From contig NW_027192194.1 of the NCBI RefSeq assembly GCF_041956535.1, positions 684,760-748,759 of the forward strand: a DNA stretch of 64,000 nt, read 5' to 3'. Origin of the DNA: Calcarisporiella thermophila CBS 279.70 (Eukaryota; Fungi; Calcarisporiellomycota). Below the pieces are notes generated by a model. The model made no database searches, had not been told where the DNA came from, and saw only the letters and a list, made by a program, of their open reading frames with translations. Position numbers and translations under genes: made by a program. Positions 39,425 to 51,777 of this stretch are shown in pieces. Numbering within the stretch: the stretch's first letter is position 1; each line of letters starts with the position of its first letter.

Positions 39425-40249
39425 ATGGCCGCGGTTTCTTCGGTAGACAACGTCGAGAAATACTACGACTCCGACCCGCAACTTGAGTGGGATCGACTAG
39501 CGGTTTACCCCACCGAATTCCATGTCACCCTCCGCGTACTTCGAGACTCTCTCCCTCCCGCGCCTGCCCGCATCGCCGATATTGGCGGGGGACCCGGGCG
39601 CTACTCGTTGGAGCTCACTCGAAGAGGATATGACGTCACCCTGCTCGATCTGTCCTCGGCCAACTTAAAGCTTGCGAAAGAGAAGGCTGCCGAATTGAAA
39701 GTCGAATTGAAGGAAGTGATCCATGGGAACGCCCTGGATCTCCCCTTTGCTGATTCGTCGTTTGATGCTGTACTGTTACTTGGCCCGCTTTATCATTTCC
39801 ATTCGCGAGAGCAAAGAGTCAAATGCTTACGCGAGACGCTACGCGTCGTGAAACCTGGTGGCCTCATCGTTGCCGCCTGGATTAACCGCTTCAGCGTTTT
39901 CCGCGATTTTGCCAAACGTGACCCAGAATCTCTTCTTCAGAACCCATCGTTCTTGGATGTTGCCTCATCCCATGGGAAATATGACCCGGCTATGCTTGGG
40001 GATTTCTTCTGCGATGCGTATTTTGCCCATCCAGATGAAATTGTCCCTGAGTGCGATGAGGCGGGGCTGGAGGTGGTGGAACGAGTGGGGGTGGAGGGGG
40101 TGGTTAGTCGCAACGACGAGAAAGTGAACCAGCTGAAGGGCGAGTCGTGGGAAAAGTGGGTCGACATCAACTACCGTCTGGGGAGGGAGCCGTCGATGCT
40201 GGGCGCCTCCGATCATATCGTGGCAGTGTGTCGCAAGAAGCCTGAATGA
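39425..40249 (+). CDS. Class I SAM-dependent methyltransferase, intronless
   Basis: Motif I IADIGGGPGRYS, VTLLDLS, FDAVLLLGPLYH and RVVKPGG. Confidence 0.92.
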   Translation: MAAVSSVDNVEKYYDSDPQLEWDRLAVYPTEFHVTLRVLRDSLPPAPARIADIGGGPGRYSLELTRRGYDVTLLDLSSANLKLAKEKAAELKVELKEVIHGNALDLPFADSSFDAVLLLGPLYHFHSREQRVKCLRETLRVVKPGGLIVAAWINRFSVFRDFAKRDPESLLQNPSFLDVASSHGKYDPAMLGDFFCDAYFAHPDEIVPECDEAGLEVVERVGVEGVVSRNDEKVNQLKGESWEKWVDINYRLGREPSMLGASDHIVAVCRKKPE

Positions 40250-40468
40250 CAAGTCAGGGTCTATTGTCAAAGGAAAAAATCCTAAAAAAAAATGAATGTA
40301 TTTCGAAGTGATTATCTATACACGGGTCGCCTATACAATACAAAGTTACACTCTTTAGATAAAATTACGGCACAAAGAAGAAAACGAAACGATGAAATAT
40401 TAGCAGTCAGAGAGAGTGTTCAAAAAAGGAAGAATAAAGGAGGGCGAAAAATAAGCAAAGAAATAAAT

Positions 40469-41550
40469 CTAGGAGCCGGCCCCAATTTCTTGGGATATGG
40501 GGATGGGTAATGTCTCTACTCTTTCGCAGCCTTCGTCCAGCTCTTCCTCCTCATCGCTCGCCAAACCACGCCAAAGCTCCGGCAATACACGCGGCAGGTC
40601 CTTTATATCCTCTATTTGAAAGTGGCCATGTTCCGACGGTAAATCCCCCAGATACACCCCAATCCATCCGAGGTCCATGGCCGCTCTCACATTCATGGCT
40701 GAGTCGTCCACGAGCAGACATCGCCGCGGATCCATGACGCCAGCCTCACGCATTGCTTGCTCGTAGAATCGAAACTCGGGTTTGCATGCAAAGTTAGGAA
40801 GAGTATAGTCACAATAGGTGATTCCGTCAAACAGGTCATAAATGCCAAGGAGATTGAGGCAACGGATTGCGTGCTATATACATGAAGAGGATAACAAAGG
40901 TAAGTGTTACTCTAAAACAGGAAACGGGGAGGGGTTGGCCCTCTGAAAGGATGGACTGTTTACTGCTTGGCCAGCGTTGGTGAAGGCCCACTTCTTGACG
41001 CCCTTCAGGGTAGCCAACATTCGCCGCAGCTCCAAGTCTGGCGTGAGTATTTCCTCCAGGGGTAATCCCCCGTCGACTTCTAAATCTATCGAGAAGAAGG
41101 AGGGGGAGGGAGTTTGTTGATGTTATAGATTAGCTCGCCTTGCAAAGAGAGGAAGGAGGCAAACTCACTGTACTGTGCAGGATCAATTGTTCCGTGGTGT
41201 TGGAGCAAACCGCGAATGGTCAGGCCATACTCTCGGTAGTATCGAGTCTGCAATTTTCGGGCCAAATCCACAGAGATTTCCAAATTCTTGCATATGTAGC
41301 GCTGGATCCTATTAAGGGGAAGAGGGAGAGAGAGAGGTGGGGTAAGGGTCAGCCTTGTGTGCTCGTCTTAGGTATTGAAACAAGGGCGCATATGTATATA
41401 GGTATATATATTCCTTTGGTGCATTAGCTCAAGAATCCCTGAATGTCGCGAGTAGAGACAGTTGTCGACATCGAAGAAGAAGACCGGCAATTCACCCTGG
41501 GGATTCTCGGCTAGTTCGACAATACGCCTAATCTGCTCGCGATCATTCAT
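40469..41550 (-). CDS. SDT1: HAD-family pyrimidine 5'-nucleotidase (Sdt1/Phm8), 4 exons
   Basis: FFFDVDNCLY, YYREYGLTIRGL, WAFTNAG, ACKPE and LVDDSAMNV. Start is uncertain and intron 1 appears non-canonical. Confidence 0.88.
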
Positions 41551-42572
41551 GTCCAAGATGAATCTGTCAAACGAAAAAAGAGGCCGTTTTTTCAAATCGG
41601 TGGAATCTTTCCTTGCCGAATCCTAGGCCAAATTCCAATTGCTTAATGCGTGATGCTATGATGATCGAGGTATGTGCCTGCGATTCGTCGCCGGGGGGAT
41701 GATTTCTTTCTCCGGCACAGGCCAATGGCCCCAGCAGGTCGAGCCGCTGTGGAGCAGCCCCCATAGCAGAAATGCCCCTGATCGAATCGGCCAAAGAGGC
41801 AAAAAAATTGCGCGAGGAAATGGAACTCGAGAGGGGGGCTTTAGTCGAAAAGGCCAGGGCACTGAAAATTAACGCTTGCGCGCGAAGCCCAAGAGTTGTG
41901 CAAAATGGGTGGCAAGAAACCACCCCCCCCCTCCTACACGTGACTGCACTGGAGCCTCGTTTTTAAGAGAGGGAATAAGGCGAATATTACCTCAGTTGCG
42001 TTCCCACCACATCCCCCGAAGTCGTAATTCAAAGCTGCTACCACCTCATCATCTTCTGGTGTTGGCACTCCAAAATACCCGCTTCTCTTTGCTATCTACC
42101 CACTCCTCTCTCATCCTCTTCCTTCTCCTATCGGCTCCCACCAACTCGCATTCCTCCTCTTTCCCTAACCAGCCCGCCATTCTTCGTCTTGGCAGGGGAT
42201 AGGAGTTTGGAAGTGGTATAGATTGTTTCTTCTGTTAGCCTCCCCTTCTTTTCTACTCATATTTTCTAGAGCAATTGCTTATATTCTTATTCTCTATCCA
42301 TTAATAAACTACATTGGTCCTCTCCCCCCCCCTCCACCTTCTTAGCTAGACCCGACTCGCCTCGACTCTCCCTTTGAGACAAGCATCTTAATCACAAAGG
42401 CGTGTTCGGAGACGGGAGAGCAAGTGAAAGCCGAGTCTACGGATATTTATTCATCTAATAACTATTAATTTTCCCATCTTCTGGCCTCTCTCCGGTCTTT
42501 GGCTTCAGCCCCCCTTAATAATTCTCAATTGAACCGGCTTCATCCGGCCACCAGTCTTCTCCTGTAAAGCAA

Positions 42573-43264
42573 ATGGGCCTCAAGTACAAAACATATCTCA
42601 ACGGCAGTAAGCACGTGCACGTCTACGGGTGCAATAGTTGCCGTACACATCTCGCCACCAGCGATAAGATTATTTCAAAGGTATCGATTAAGATAAGTCC
42701 TTCTTTCTCTACAAGTTATGTGTTTCCTCCCTAATTTGCTCGCCTACTTTTTTAATTTTCTCGCCGATGGCCCGCACTTTCCTTATCACTTTCTCACTTT
42801 GTTTTCCTCTCTCATTACTAGAATTTTCATGGTGTGCATGGCCAAGCTTATCTCTTTCACGTAGTGTAAGTTTTTTCTGTTGCTTAAAGGAAGAGGGAGT
42901 TATTTCTGCTCGTGTCCCAAACCAGTTTTTCTTACCCGGCTACAAACATCTTGTTCTGAAATCGCTTTCTCCGCTTCTCCCCGAATTTGTTTTAGTGTGA
43001 ATGTGACCGAGGGCCCTCCCGTCGACCGCAATATGACCACGGGCCGCCACACGGTATGCGACATCTACTGCCTACAGTGCCACTGCGTGGTGGGCTGGAG
43101 ATACGTAAGTTGGGCCTCCTCTTTGAAGCTACCACTGATTGCTTAGCTCTCTTCCGCGTCTCTTGCCACCGATCTTCTAGGTGAGGGCGTTCGAGGAGAG
43201 CCAGCGGTACAAGGAGGAAAAGTACATCCTGGAACGAGAGCTGTTGGTGGAGATCAAGGAATGA
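42573..43264 (+). CDS. Yippee/Moh1-family zinc-binding protein, 4 exons
   Basis: Spliced YGCNSCRTHL...IISK NFHGVHGQAYLF VNV...RNMTTGRHTVCDIYCLQC..VGWRY..AFEESQRYKE. Confidence 0.92.
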
Positions 43265-44008
43265 GGTCCGCCGCGTTGCGACCTGCTCTGCTTCGTCCCT
43301 CCCCCCCCCCCAGCTTCGTTTCTCTTTGGCCTTCTCCCTCCTTCTCTCCCTTTTTCTATTCCAATCTGCTCTTATATCATATGTGTACTATCTGCTTTAT
43401 TTTTATTTTCTACTATATATAAATTGTGCTTAAAGTGTGCTTTCTTTTATCTTTCCCTTCTTCTTTCAAAGACTTCGAACCTTTTCGCTATCACCCTTGA
43501 ATATTTTTTTTGCCTTTACTTTGTAGAATACACGAAGAACTGAAAGAGGTTTCTTTTAAGGCTTATCCGTCTTAGTTTGAGATGGGGTTCCACGTTTTCT
43601 TTCTCCCTCCTTTCCTTCTCTTCTTTCTTTTTTCATTTTGTTTATACTATTGCTTATTGAATCTTATATATATAAAAGTTTTACATCAGAAATAGAAAGC
43701 ACACGGTACTGAAAAAAAGAAGATTAGATCAGATGAAAATAGCATAGACAAAAGGAAATCGGATACAAGTGATTTCTGGAAAGAAAAAAAAAAAAGGTTC
43801 CATTATCACAATTAGACATGTAAAGGAAAAAAAAAAGCAGCAGTGTCCCGAAAACCCAGTGGTAATAAATTTCAAACAAGCCAGTTCTTCCGTGCTCCAA
43901 CCTTCATCCTTCCCTCTCTCGACCACCAAAAAAATAAATGTGCAAAGATATCACTCCTCATCCCCCGATTCCATTCCTCGCCGCCTCTCTCTCCTCTTAC
44001 AAAACGAC

Positions 44009-45202
44009 CTATCGGTGCTCGTGGTCTTCGGGCAAGAGTGGCGTGGCCTCGGCGGGCAGCTCCTCCACGTCCGGCTCCAGCGGGGGCGCAAAACAGGGCG
44101 GCTCCACCACCCCGTTAAATATAAATGTCCCGTAGATGAGCAGCGAGAACCCAACCACCTGAAGCCAGGCAAAGCGCTCCCACCCAAGTGACAGCGACAC
44201 CATCCATATGAACAGCGTCCGGCAGGTATCGATGGTGCTGCGCGCGGTCGCGCTGACGGCGCGCGTGACGCTCAGGCCAAAGAAGTTGAAAAACGAAATG
44301 CTCGCCGCAAAGGCGATGCTCGATGCCCAGAGCTCGGGATGCGCCAGCACCTGACGCCAGCACGCCACGACGTCGAAGTAGCCGCCGGGATGGCTCACCC
44401 CGAGGGTAAAGTGCAGGATGGGCATGGCGGTCAGCACGGTGATGAGCCCAAAGGCGCCCTCCAAACCCACCGCCACCACCGGATACACCGAGTAGCGCGA
44501 CATCAGCTTCTCCTCGATCACAAACTGTGACGCGGTAAACACCTGCGCCCCCAGCACCAGGAGCACGCCCACCACCGACTCCCAGTGGAAGGGCACCTCC
44601 TCCGCCAGCGTGGGGTTCGCCGCCTCGGGGCGCTGCTGCGGAAAGAGGGCCGACGAGAGGCCGACTAGCCCCACCCCGAGCACCACCAGAAACAGAGAGT
44701 ACCACTGGAAGAAGAAGAAGCGGCGCTTGAGGAAGACCACGGAGAAGAGGCCGACAAACAGCACGATGGAGCCGCGCAGCATCTGGTAGACGGAGGCCGC
44801 CGTCAGCAGGAGCCCCACGTTCATGATGGTGGTGCCGGTCAGATCGCACAGCGTCGGCAGCCAGAGCAGCAGCTTCCGCCAGCCTGTCAGGGGTAGGCCG
44901 TCGCCCTCGTCCTTCAGGAGGGCCTCCGCCTCGTTGCCAGCCCCCCCCAGCCCCGCCGCTCCATTTCGCTTTGCTCTTCGCCTCTGCAGCCATTCCCCGT
45001 ATTGGAAGGCCAGCAGGCATGCCGCCTCTCCGATGAACATGGTGAGGGTCTGGAAGACCGGCTGCTCAAAGTATCGGCGGGCGGCAGGATCGGGGGAGTC
45101 GCAGTTTTCGACGCACACATTGTCCTGGTACTTGTTGAGGATCGTGTTGAGCACTCCAGTAACCAGCATGCCCATCACTAGGGCTCTGGTTTTGACGGTC
45201 AT
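44009..45202 (-). CDS. SLC35F6-like (DMT/nucleotide-sugar transporter) membrane protein, intronless
   Basis: FEQPVFQTLTMFIGE, LWLPTLCDL, SVYQMLRG, QFVIEEK and SATARSTIDTCRTLFIW. Confidence 0.88.
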   Translation of the reverse strand: MTVKTRALVMGMLVTGVLNTILNKYQDNVCVENCDSPDPAARRYFEQPVFQTLTMFIGEAACLLAFQYGEWLQRRRAKRNGAAGLGGAGNEAEALLKDEGDGLPLTGWRKLLLWLPTLCDLTGTTIMNVGLLLTAASVYQMLRGSIVLFVGLFSVVFLKRRFFFFQWYSLFLVVLGVGLVGLSSALFPQQRPEAANPTLAEEVPFHWESVVGVLLVLGAQVFTASQFVIEEKLMSRYSVYPVVAVGLEGAFGLITVLTAMPILHFTLGVSHPGGYFDVVACWRQVLAHPELWASSIAFAASISFFNFFGLSVTRAVSATARSTIDTCRTLFIWMVSLSLGWERFAWLQVVGFSLLIYGTFIFNGVVEPPCFAPPLEPDVEELPAEATPLLPEDHEHR

Positions 45203-45741
45203 TGGGGATGATGATTCTTGTGTCCGTGAGGGGGGGAGGATTGAGTAAATGGGGGAGGGGAGCTAGTCAAGCGCAAAGGAGGGGATTTCAAACTAGAGTA
45301 AAGGGTCAGCAAGCTGATCAACCTCCAAGAATGGTTGGATATGTGAAAAATGAGGCGTGAATTTGGGAGGGTCTTGCGTGATAGGGCTAGGTTTCGGTTG
45401 AACCCATCCTGTTCCCTTTTGGAAGGCTGATAGAGCTTGTCCCTTGAATCTCCGGAAGGCCGGTCTCAACCCAGTTCAAGGCATAAATCTTTCAGCCGCC
45501 TCCCGTGATAGAGAATGGACGCTAACGCCTTTTATTATAATGGAAAAATAAAATGAATTCAGAAAAATATCAGAGCACCATGGGCAATAGAGGGAACTTG
45601 AGATATTATAGAGGAAAGGGGTTTTCTGTTTTTTAGATTTTTTTTTTCGAGTTTTCATAGGTTTTTTTTTTCACTTCGCTAAGCTAACTGCAATAAACGA
45701 TAGAGGGGGATGGGAAGGGAGGGTGAGAGAGCGAGAGGAGG

Positions 45742-47420
45742 CTAGTGCTTCCACACCTTATGCTCGAGGAGCATTTCGTTTTGGGGAGCAAGGCCAACAC
45801 ATGCGCGGAAAATATTCTCCATGGCCATACGCTGCTTACTAAGGGCGTTCACCACCGGGGTGCCGGGGGGGACCATGGGGGCCTTGAGCATGACTAGAGG
45901 CACAACCAAAAAAAAAACAAAGGCAGAGAAAAGTGAGAAAAACAATGCGCATGGACAGAGGTTCAGGTCAAGCGCTTACAGCTGAGGATGCTCAAGACGG
46001 AGTGGAAGGGGGCGTAGTCGGCCATGTCGTCGGTGCGGTACTCGATGCGGGTCATCAGCTCGGTGATGAGCACCAGGTCGAGGATGAGGGGCGAGGCCAG
46101 CAGCGAGTCCTCGCACATGTTGTAGATGGAGATGACGCTCTTGCCGCCCATGAAGATCTCGGAGTAGTACTCGTCGAGGGCGCGCTTCGAGTCGCCCACG
46201 CTCTTCACATACTTGATGACGACCACGTGGTCGGGGTGCTCTCCGGGCGCGTAGAGGATCTGGTTGGCGGCGACCATGTCGTCCACGACGCTGCTCTTGG
46301 AGATCTCCTTCGAGCGGAACTGCGCGTGGGACGAGAGGTTCATGCCGTCGTTGTTGCCGAGGTGGTTGTACGACGTGATCCCGATGGGCTTGATGCCCGC
46401 GTTGACGAGGAAGTCGACGAGCACGGACTTCACCTTGGTCTGGCCGGACTTGAAGTCGTCGCCGCCGATGTACACGCGCTCGCGCTCCGCCAGCTCCACC
46501 ACCCCCGGCACAAATGTGTTCTGGGGCGACCCGTTCACGAAGGGGACGCGCTCCAGGATGCACGCCAGGGCGAAGATGGTGGAGGGGGCGATCTCCGAGT
46601 GCGACTCGCGGACCGCGCGCAGGATGTTGTCGGCCGTGTCGTTCACGTTGGGGAGGATGTCGGCGTAGCGCTCCGTGTTGGCCGTCCACACCACGATCAC
46701 CGAGTCGAGGCCGTGGCGCTCGCGGAACTCGCGGATGTCCTTGCGGATCTGGTCCAGGTGGGCCTGCTTGTCGGCGCCGGGGATGAGGTTGTCGGCGCGC
46801 TCCGACTGGTTGGCCGCGATGAAGTCGGGGTAGTAGATGGAGGGCAAGGGCTTCATGCCCGCCATCTCCTCGTGCACTTGGCGCTGGAGGTCGTAGTCGA
46901 GGACCTGGGCCCGCTCCATGGCTCTGGCGAGGTCGTGCCCGCTAATGTCCCAGCCCCCGAGGGCGATGTCGTTGGGGTGCACCATGGGCAGGATGTCCGA
47001 GAACGGGAGGTACACGTCCTGGCCCTTGGCGTCGACCCCGAGCTTCAGCGTCGAGGCCATGACCACCGAGCCGAAATAGTTCGGGTGCTTCACGCCCTCC
47101 TTGGTGCGCCAGCTGAGCCCTCGGCGGTTCGCGATGATGGACGCGGTGAGGGTGGAGCCGTTGTTGCCGCCCCACCCCACCATCATCAGGCCCAGCTTGG
47201 GCACGCGTCGATCGGTGCGGAAGTGGTAGGTCGTCTTGGTCGGCGTGACTCGGAGGCTAGCGCTGCGCTCGTCCCGGGTCACCCGAGCATTTTCGTAGAC
47301 ATAGTCGGAGAGAATGTGCGTGTCCGTGTACCGCACGTTGTCCGAGTCGACCTGGAAGGCCAGGGGCGAGGCGGAGGACTCGGCACGTTCGTAGGAGAAG
47401 TCGGCAGTGTTGGGAGGCAT
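45742..47420 (-). CDS. INO1: Myo-inositol-1-phosphate synthase, 2 exons
   Basis: [37 protein letters not shown] and CEDSLLASP. Confidence 0.97.
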
Positions 47421-48133
47421 GGTTATCTTTTCTTTTTAGAGGGGAGAATGGATTCCGGGGAGGAAAATTACGGGTGGAGGAGGAGAAGAGATAAGGGGGG
47501 GGGGATAGAGAATACGAGATAGCAAAGAAAATTAAAAGGCTGGATAATGCCCGTTGGAGTGCGCTGTTTAATGGATTATTCGAGGGCGGTCACCGAGCCT
47601 CTTCCTTCCCCGGTAAGGGTTGTGAGTGCTTGAGAGTAGATTGGCGAACCTAGAGAATCATCAAAGAGCTATTAGAATGCATTCTCATTGCGCTGCATGA
47701 GGAGGCAAGATGCAGGCCGCCATGAGCACTTACGTGGTGGTAAGCCTTTGTTCGGCGCCGAATGTTAACGCCGAGATATCAACAGTGAGATGGGGGAGAT
47801 GTTTTGAGAGAGGTGGAGAGAAAAGGGGTCAAGAAATAGTCAAGATGGCGAGCTTATTCAAAGGCTAATAACTCTTAGGAAAAAGCTTGTGATGAATTGA
47901 AATCAAAGTTGGGACAGGGAATCTGCATGCGGCTTTTATTTGCCGTTCCTGAGCCCTTCTAAGATGTTGGGGTTGGGAAGGGGGGGGGAGGAAAATCCCC
48001 TGGAGCCTCGTATTTCGGCCAGACACTTGGGCCAATGAAGGGGGGCCGTGTGCGAGAATTAACACAAACATCCAAAATAGAACACAAAATCAAAACAGCG
48101 CAGTCGCGCGGCTATTTTATTTGCCCCCCCAGC

Positions 48134-49790
48134 CTACAGCTGCTGGTGAAACTCCTCAACCGCCTCCTCCAAAATCCGAACTCCCTGGTCAGCCTCTTCA
48201 CGTGTCAGCACCAGCGGCGGCACCACCCGAATGGTGTTTTTGCCCGCGGTGATGATGAGCAGCCCGCGCTCGCGCGCCAGGTTGGTGAGCGGGGTGGGGT
48301 CGCGCGTGAACTGCACGCCCAGAATCAAGCCTCTCCCGCGGATCTCCGTGATGAGCGAGGGGTATTTCTGCCGAAGCGTGTCGAGGCGCGCCCGCAGGTG
48401 GTCGCCGACGGTGCGCACGTTGTCGAGGACCGGCTGGCTGCTGAGGCGGGAGAAGACCTTGCGCGCGACGCTACAGGCGAGCGGATTGCCGCCAAACGTG
48501 GTCCCGTGTTCCCCTATCACAAAGCAAATCAGTAACCGTGGCCCAAAAAAGAATCAATTCCCTTCCATCCGTCCGGCCGTGGATGGCTTGCTCACCTAGC
48601 TTGATCACATCAGCCACCCTTTCGCTGACCAGAATGGCGCCGATGGGGACGCCGTTCGCCAGGGGCTTTGCGACGGTCAAGATGTCGGGCCGAATGTCTT
48701 CCTGCAGGTGCTGGTGGGCCCAGACCTTGCCGGTGCGAGATAGGCCGCACTATTAGGGAGAGGGGATCCAAAGAAGAAGGGTTAGTAAGCATGCGATGTG
48801 CAGAGCAAATCCTCCCAACGGCCATCTACCTGGATCTCATCGAAGATCAAGAGCGCGCCCACCTCATCGCATTTACGCCGCAGCTCACGCAAGAACTCTT
48901 CGCTCGCAACGTGTACGCCGCCCTCGCCCTGGATGGGCTCCACGATCACCGCACACGTCTCTGGTGTGATTAGCTCGCGGATGCCGGCGACGTCGTTGTA
49001 GCGCCCGTGCTTCACTCCTGGGATCAGCGGGGCGAATGGCTTCTGATACTTTGGGTTGGGGGTCACGGAGAGGGCGCCCATGGAGCGGCCATGGAAGCCG
49101 CCCTCGAACGAAACAATCTCCCAGCGCGTCCTTCCATCCTGTTCCGCTAGATGTTTCCCCCACTTTCGGGCAAACTTCAGCGCGCCCTCATTGGCCTCAG
49201 TGCCCGAGTTGGAAAAGAACACCCGCTGCATTCCGGGGGCGGCCTCGATCAATTGCTGGGCCAGTTCCCCGGCATGCTCATTGTGGTAGAGATTCGACAG
49301 GTGGACGACCCGATTGGCCTGCTCGTACAGCGTCTGGGCGACCTCGGGATCGGCATGGCCCAGGGCATTGACCGAGATCCCGGCGGTAAAGTCGAGGTAA
49401 CGGCGATTAGCGCTGTCAAAGACGTAGCAGCCCTTGCCGTGGGTGAAGATTAACGGGGGGCGCGCATAGACATTGACCGTATACTGGGCATAGCGTTTGA
49501 GGGCTTGAGCGGTCTCCGGGTTTGTCTCAGCATCTAGATGCGTCTAGGAAATCATGGGGTAAGTGGCCCTCTCTTTTCACAAGCACAGTGGACCCCTTAC
49601 CTTTTTCCCGGCGAATCTCGAGCTTGTCGCACTCAAGCAGCGAATCTTAGGAGTCGCCATTCCATCAATACCAAGAGGTTACCATGTTGCCATCGGGGTG
49701 GAGAAGAACAATACTTACTGTGGTCGGGGTACGGCTTGTGAGAGCTTGCGGGAGCATCCGCAGCCGCGCTAGGCTCTGGATTCGGTTCAT
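48134..49790 (-). CDS. ARG8: Acetylornithine aminotransferase, mitochondrial, multi-exon
   Basis: [48 protein letters not shown]-Lys TVAKPL and HGTTFGGNP. Confidence 0.95.
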
Positions 49791-50317
49791 TACCGGTTAG
49801 TCGTTTAGGATAGAGAAGGCTGGCACGTTGGCACGGGGGAAAAAGGGGCGAGAAGGGAAGAATGCAATGAATAGGAGAGTATGAAAAGTAGTAATATCAA
49901 GAGAACAGGCCAAGAGGACGAGGGGTTACCTAACCTTGCCCCTGTCCGCAGGCGAATGGGAAAGTGAGCAATTAATTTTTTCTCATCATTACTATGTCTA
50001 AGCTGGATCTGGCTGGCTCCGAATTCTCTCGGCCCCAAAATCGATGAGGTGGGGGGGAGGAGTTTGAAGCAAATCATGCGAGTTTCGACCACGACGTCTC
50101 CCCCCCCCCTCCCGTGTCTTGCTCGCCATGGGCCGCCCTGTTTTGATATAGGGGCCGTGAAGGAGCCCGCCGTCGACGCCCCCGGCCTTGTTTGATTCGG
50201 AGGCCTTCAATCACAGTCATGCTTTTTGCTTGGATATGGATCCCGTCCACCCGTCTCTGAAATCGTTGGTTTTATTCTACAAAGGTCATAGGTCTTGGAG
50301 TGTCCATCAAGAAAAAG

Positions 50318-50357
50318 CACACACACAAACACACACACACACAAACAAACAAACACA
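50318..50357. repeat. Imperfect (AC)n/(AAAC)n microsatellite
   Basis: cacacacacaaacacacacacacacaaacaaacaaacaca. Confidence 0.8.
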
Positions 50358-50553
50358 AAAAACAAAATAAAGACATCAAAGCAATGCAGGATATTGTCCT
50401 TGTATATATGTATAGCTTTATACTGTGTTATATATTAAAACGGGTCGCCCCGGCTGCAGTCCCCGGCGGAACCGCGGTTGCCTCTTCCGTGCCATTCGAT
50501 GTTGCACCCGCGCTCCCCTCGCTACACATGCGGAGGAGTGAGTCGGGTTGAAG

Positions 50554-51777
50554 TCATCCGGTGGTCACGTTCGTGGTAGCATGGGAATTAAGCATGGGGT
50601 GGTGGGGCATCGCAAGCCCTTGGGAATAGAAGTCGATGCTATCGCCGAGGGGGGCGGCCCCGATCTTGGCGGGGAGGATGGGGGTGGCGGGGGCGGCGGG
50701 GAGGATGGGGGTGGCGGGGGCGGCGGGGGGGGCGGAGGAATGGATGGGCGTGGTATCATTAGCAGCGGGGGTGGCGCCGGAGTACAGGTTATAGAGGATT
50801 TGCTGGTGGGAGGAGTCGGTGGGGGTGGAAATAAATATCGAGGGGCGGTCGCTCTCCTTCAAGTGGGGTTGCTCGAAGTGTCCATTGGAGGGGGTGGCGG
50901 AGGCGACGCTTGGCTGGCGCGTGACGTGCTCCATTAAACTCTTTAGCATCTGCTGCTGCATCGCTTGCCGCCGGCGCGTCTCGTTCAGCACGCGCATCAT
51001 CTCGCCCAGGTTCTCCTGCAGCGCCGACATTTGCTGCATCATATCCTGCTGGGACACCTGCATCATGGCCACGTGCGACTGAAGGTCGCAGGCGTCACGG
51101 CGGGTCTCGTCGAGGGCCTTCCGCTTGATCTCCTCAAGGAGGTCGGGGCGCCCGCGCAGGAACCGGCTATGGCTGAACTCCCATATCTGATTTTCCGAGT
51201 TGGTGCGTTGCCCGCGCGGCGATTTGTTGACCTTGTGGAAGCCATACCTAGGGGGAGGGGGAAAAGGTCAGCCAACTCCTCTCCACAATACTAGACTCTG
51301 CCGATGGGGCCTACTTACATGTTCAGTTGCCGGACAAAGCTCGAGAAGTTGTTGTGTTTGAAGTGGAGGGGGAGGACTTGTCTTGAGAATTCCGCAATAT
51401 TACACACAATGAATGAGGTGCCCAGGTAGTTCCACGCTAAGAGATGATTATGCTTGTTATCATTGACCATACTAAAGAGAGGGGGGGGGGGGAGGGAAGG
51501 GAGAAGGGGAGAGGTCAGTTATCAGGGCCGGATGAAATGGACATTCCATGCTCGATGCTTACTTATACAATTTATGTACGAATGTGTTTTGGTTGCTAGG
51601 ATTGTTGGACTTGCTTGGGGTTTGCATGGCTGGGGGCTGCAGCATCATGGCCCCCATCCCATACTCGTCCAGCCTGGGTGAATCTATGGAAAATGGAGAT
51701 GTGGGGGAGGGAATGGGGGAGGGGGAGTGGTTGGTGATGAGGGCATTCAGCGAGGGCTGTTTGTACATTTCACTCAT
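50554..51777 (-). CDS. HSF-type DNA-binding transcription factor, 3 exons
   Basis: FVHKLY...FKHNNFSSFVRQLNMYGFHKV...WEFSH..FLRGRPDLLEEIKRK, followed by a coiled coil. Confidence 0.93.
50668..50721. repeat. Perfect 27-bp tandem duplication in the HSF C-terminus (AAPATPILP x2)
   Basis: ggcggggaggatgggggtggcgggggc at 50668-50694 and 50695-50721. Confidence 0.9.

Noticed and set aside
40247-40310. Readthrough of the methyltransferase stop (TGA CAA) to a peroxisomal signal
   Set aside because: The extension ends in ECISK, which is not a PTS1, and the context is not CARYYA or CTA.
24551-41550. NPT1 + SDT1 as an NAD-salvage cluster
   Set aside because: About 15 kb apart with unrelated housekeeping genes between them.
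45933-47522. 529-aa plus-strand ORF, and similar long antisense ORFs over SAM2, ANT1 and SLC35F6
   Set aside because: Shadow ORFs caused by high GC3 in the real opposite-strand genes. No recognisable motifs.
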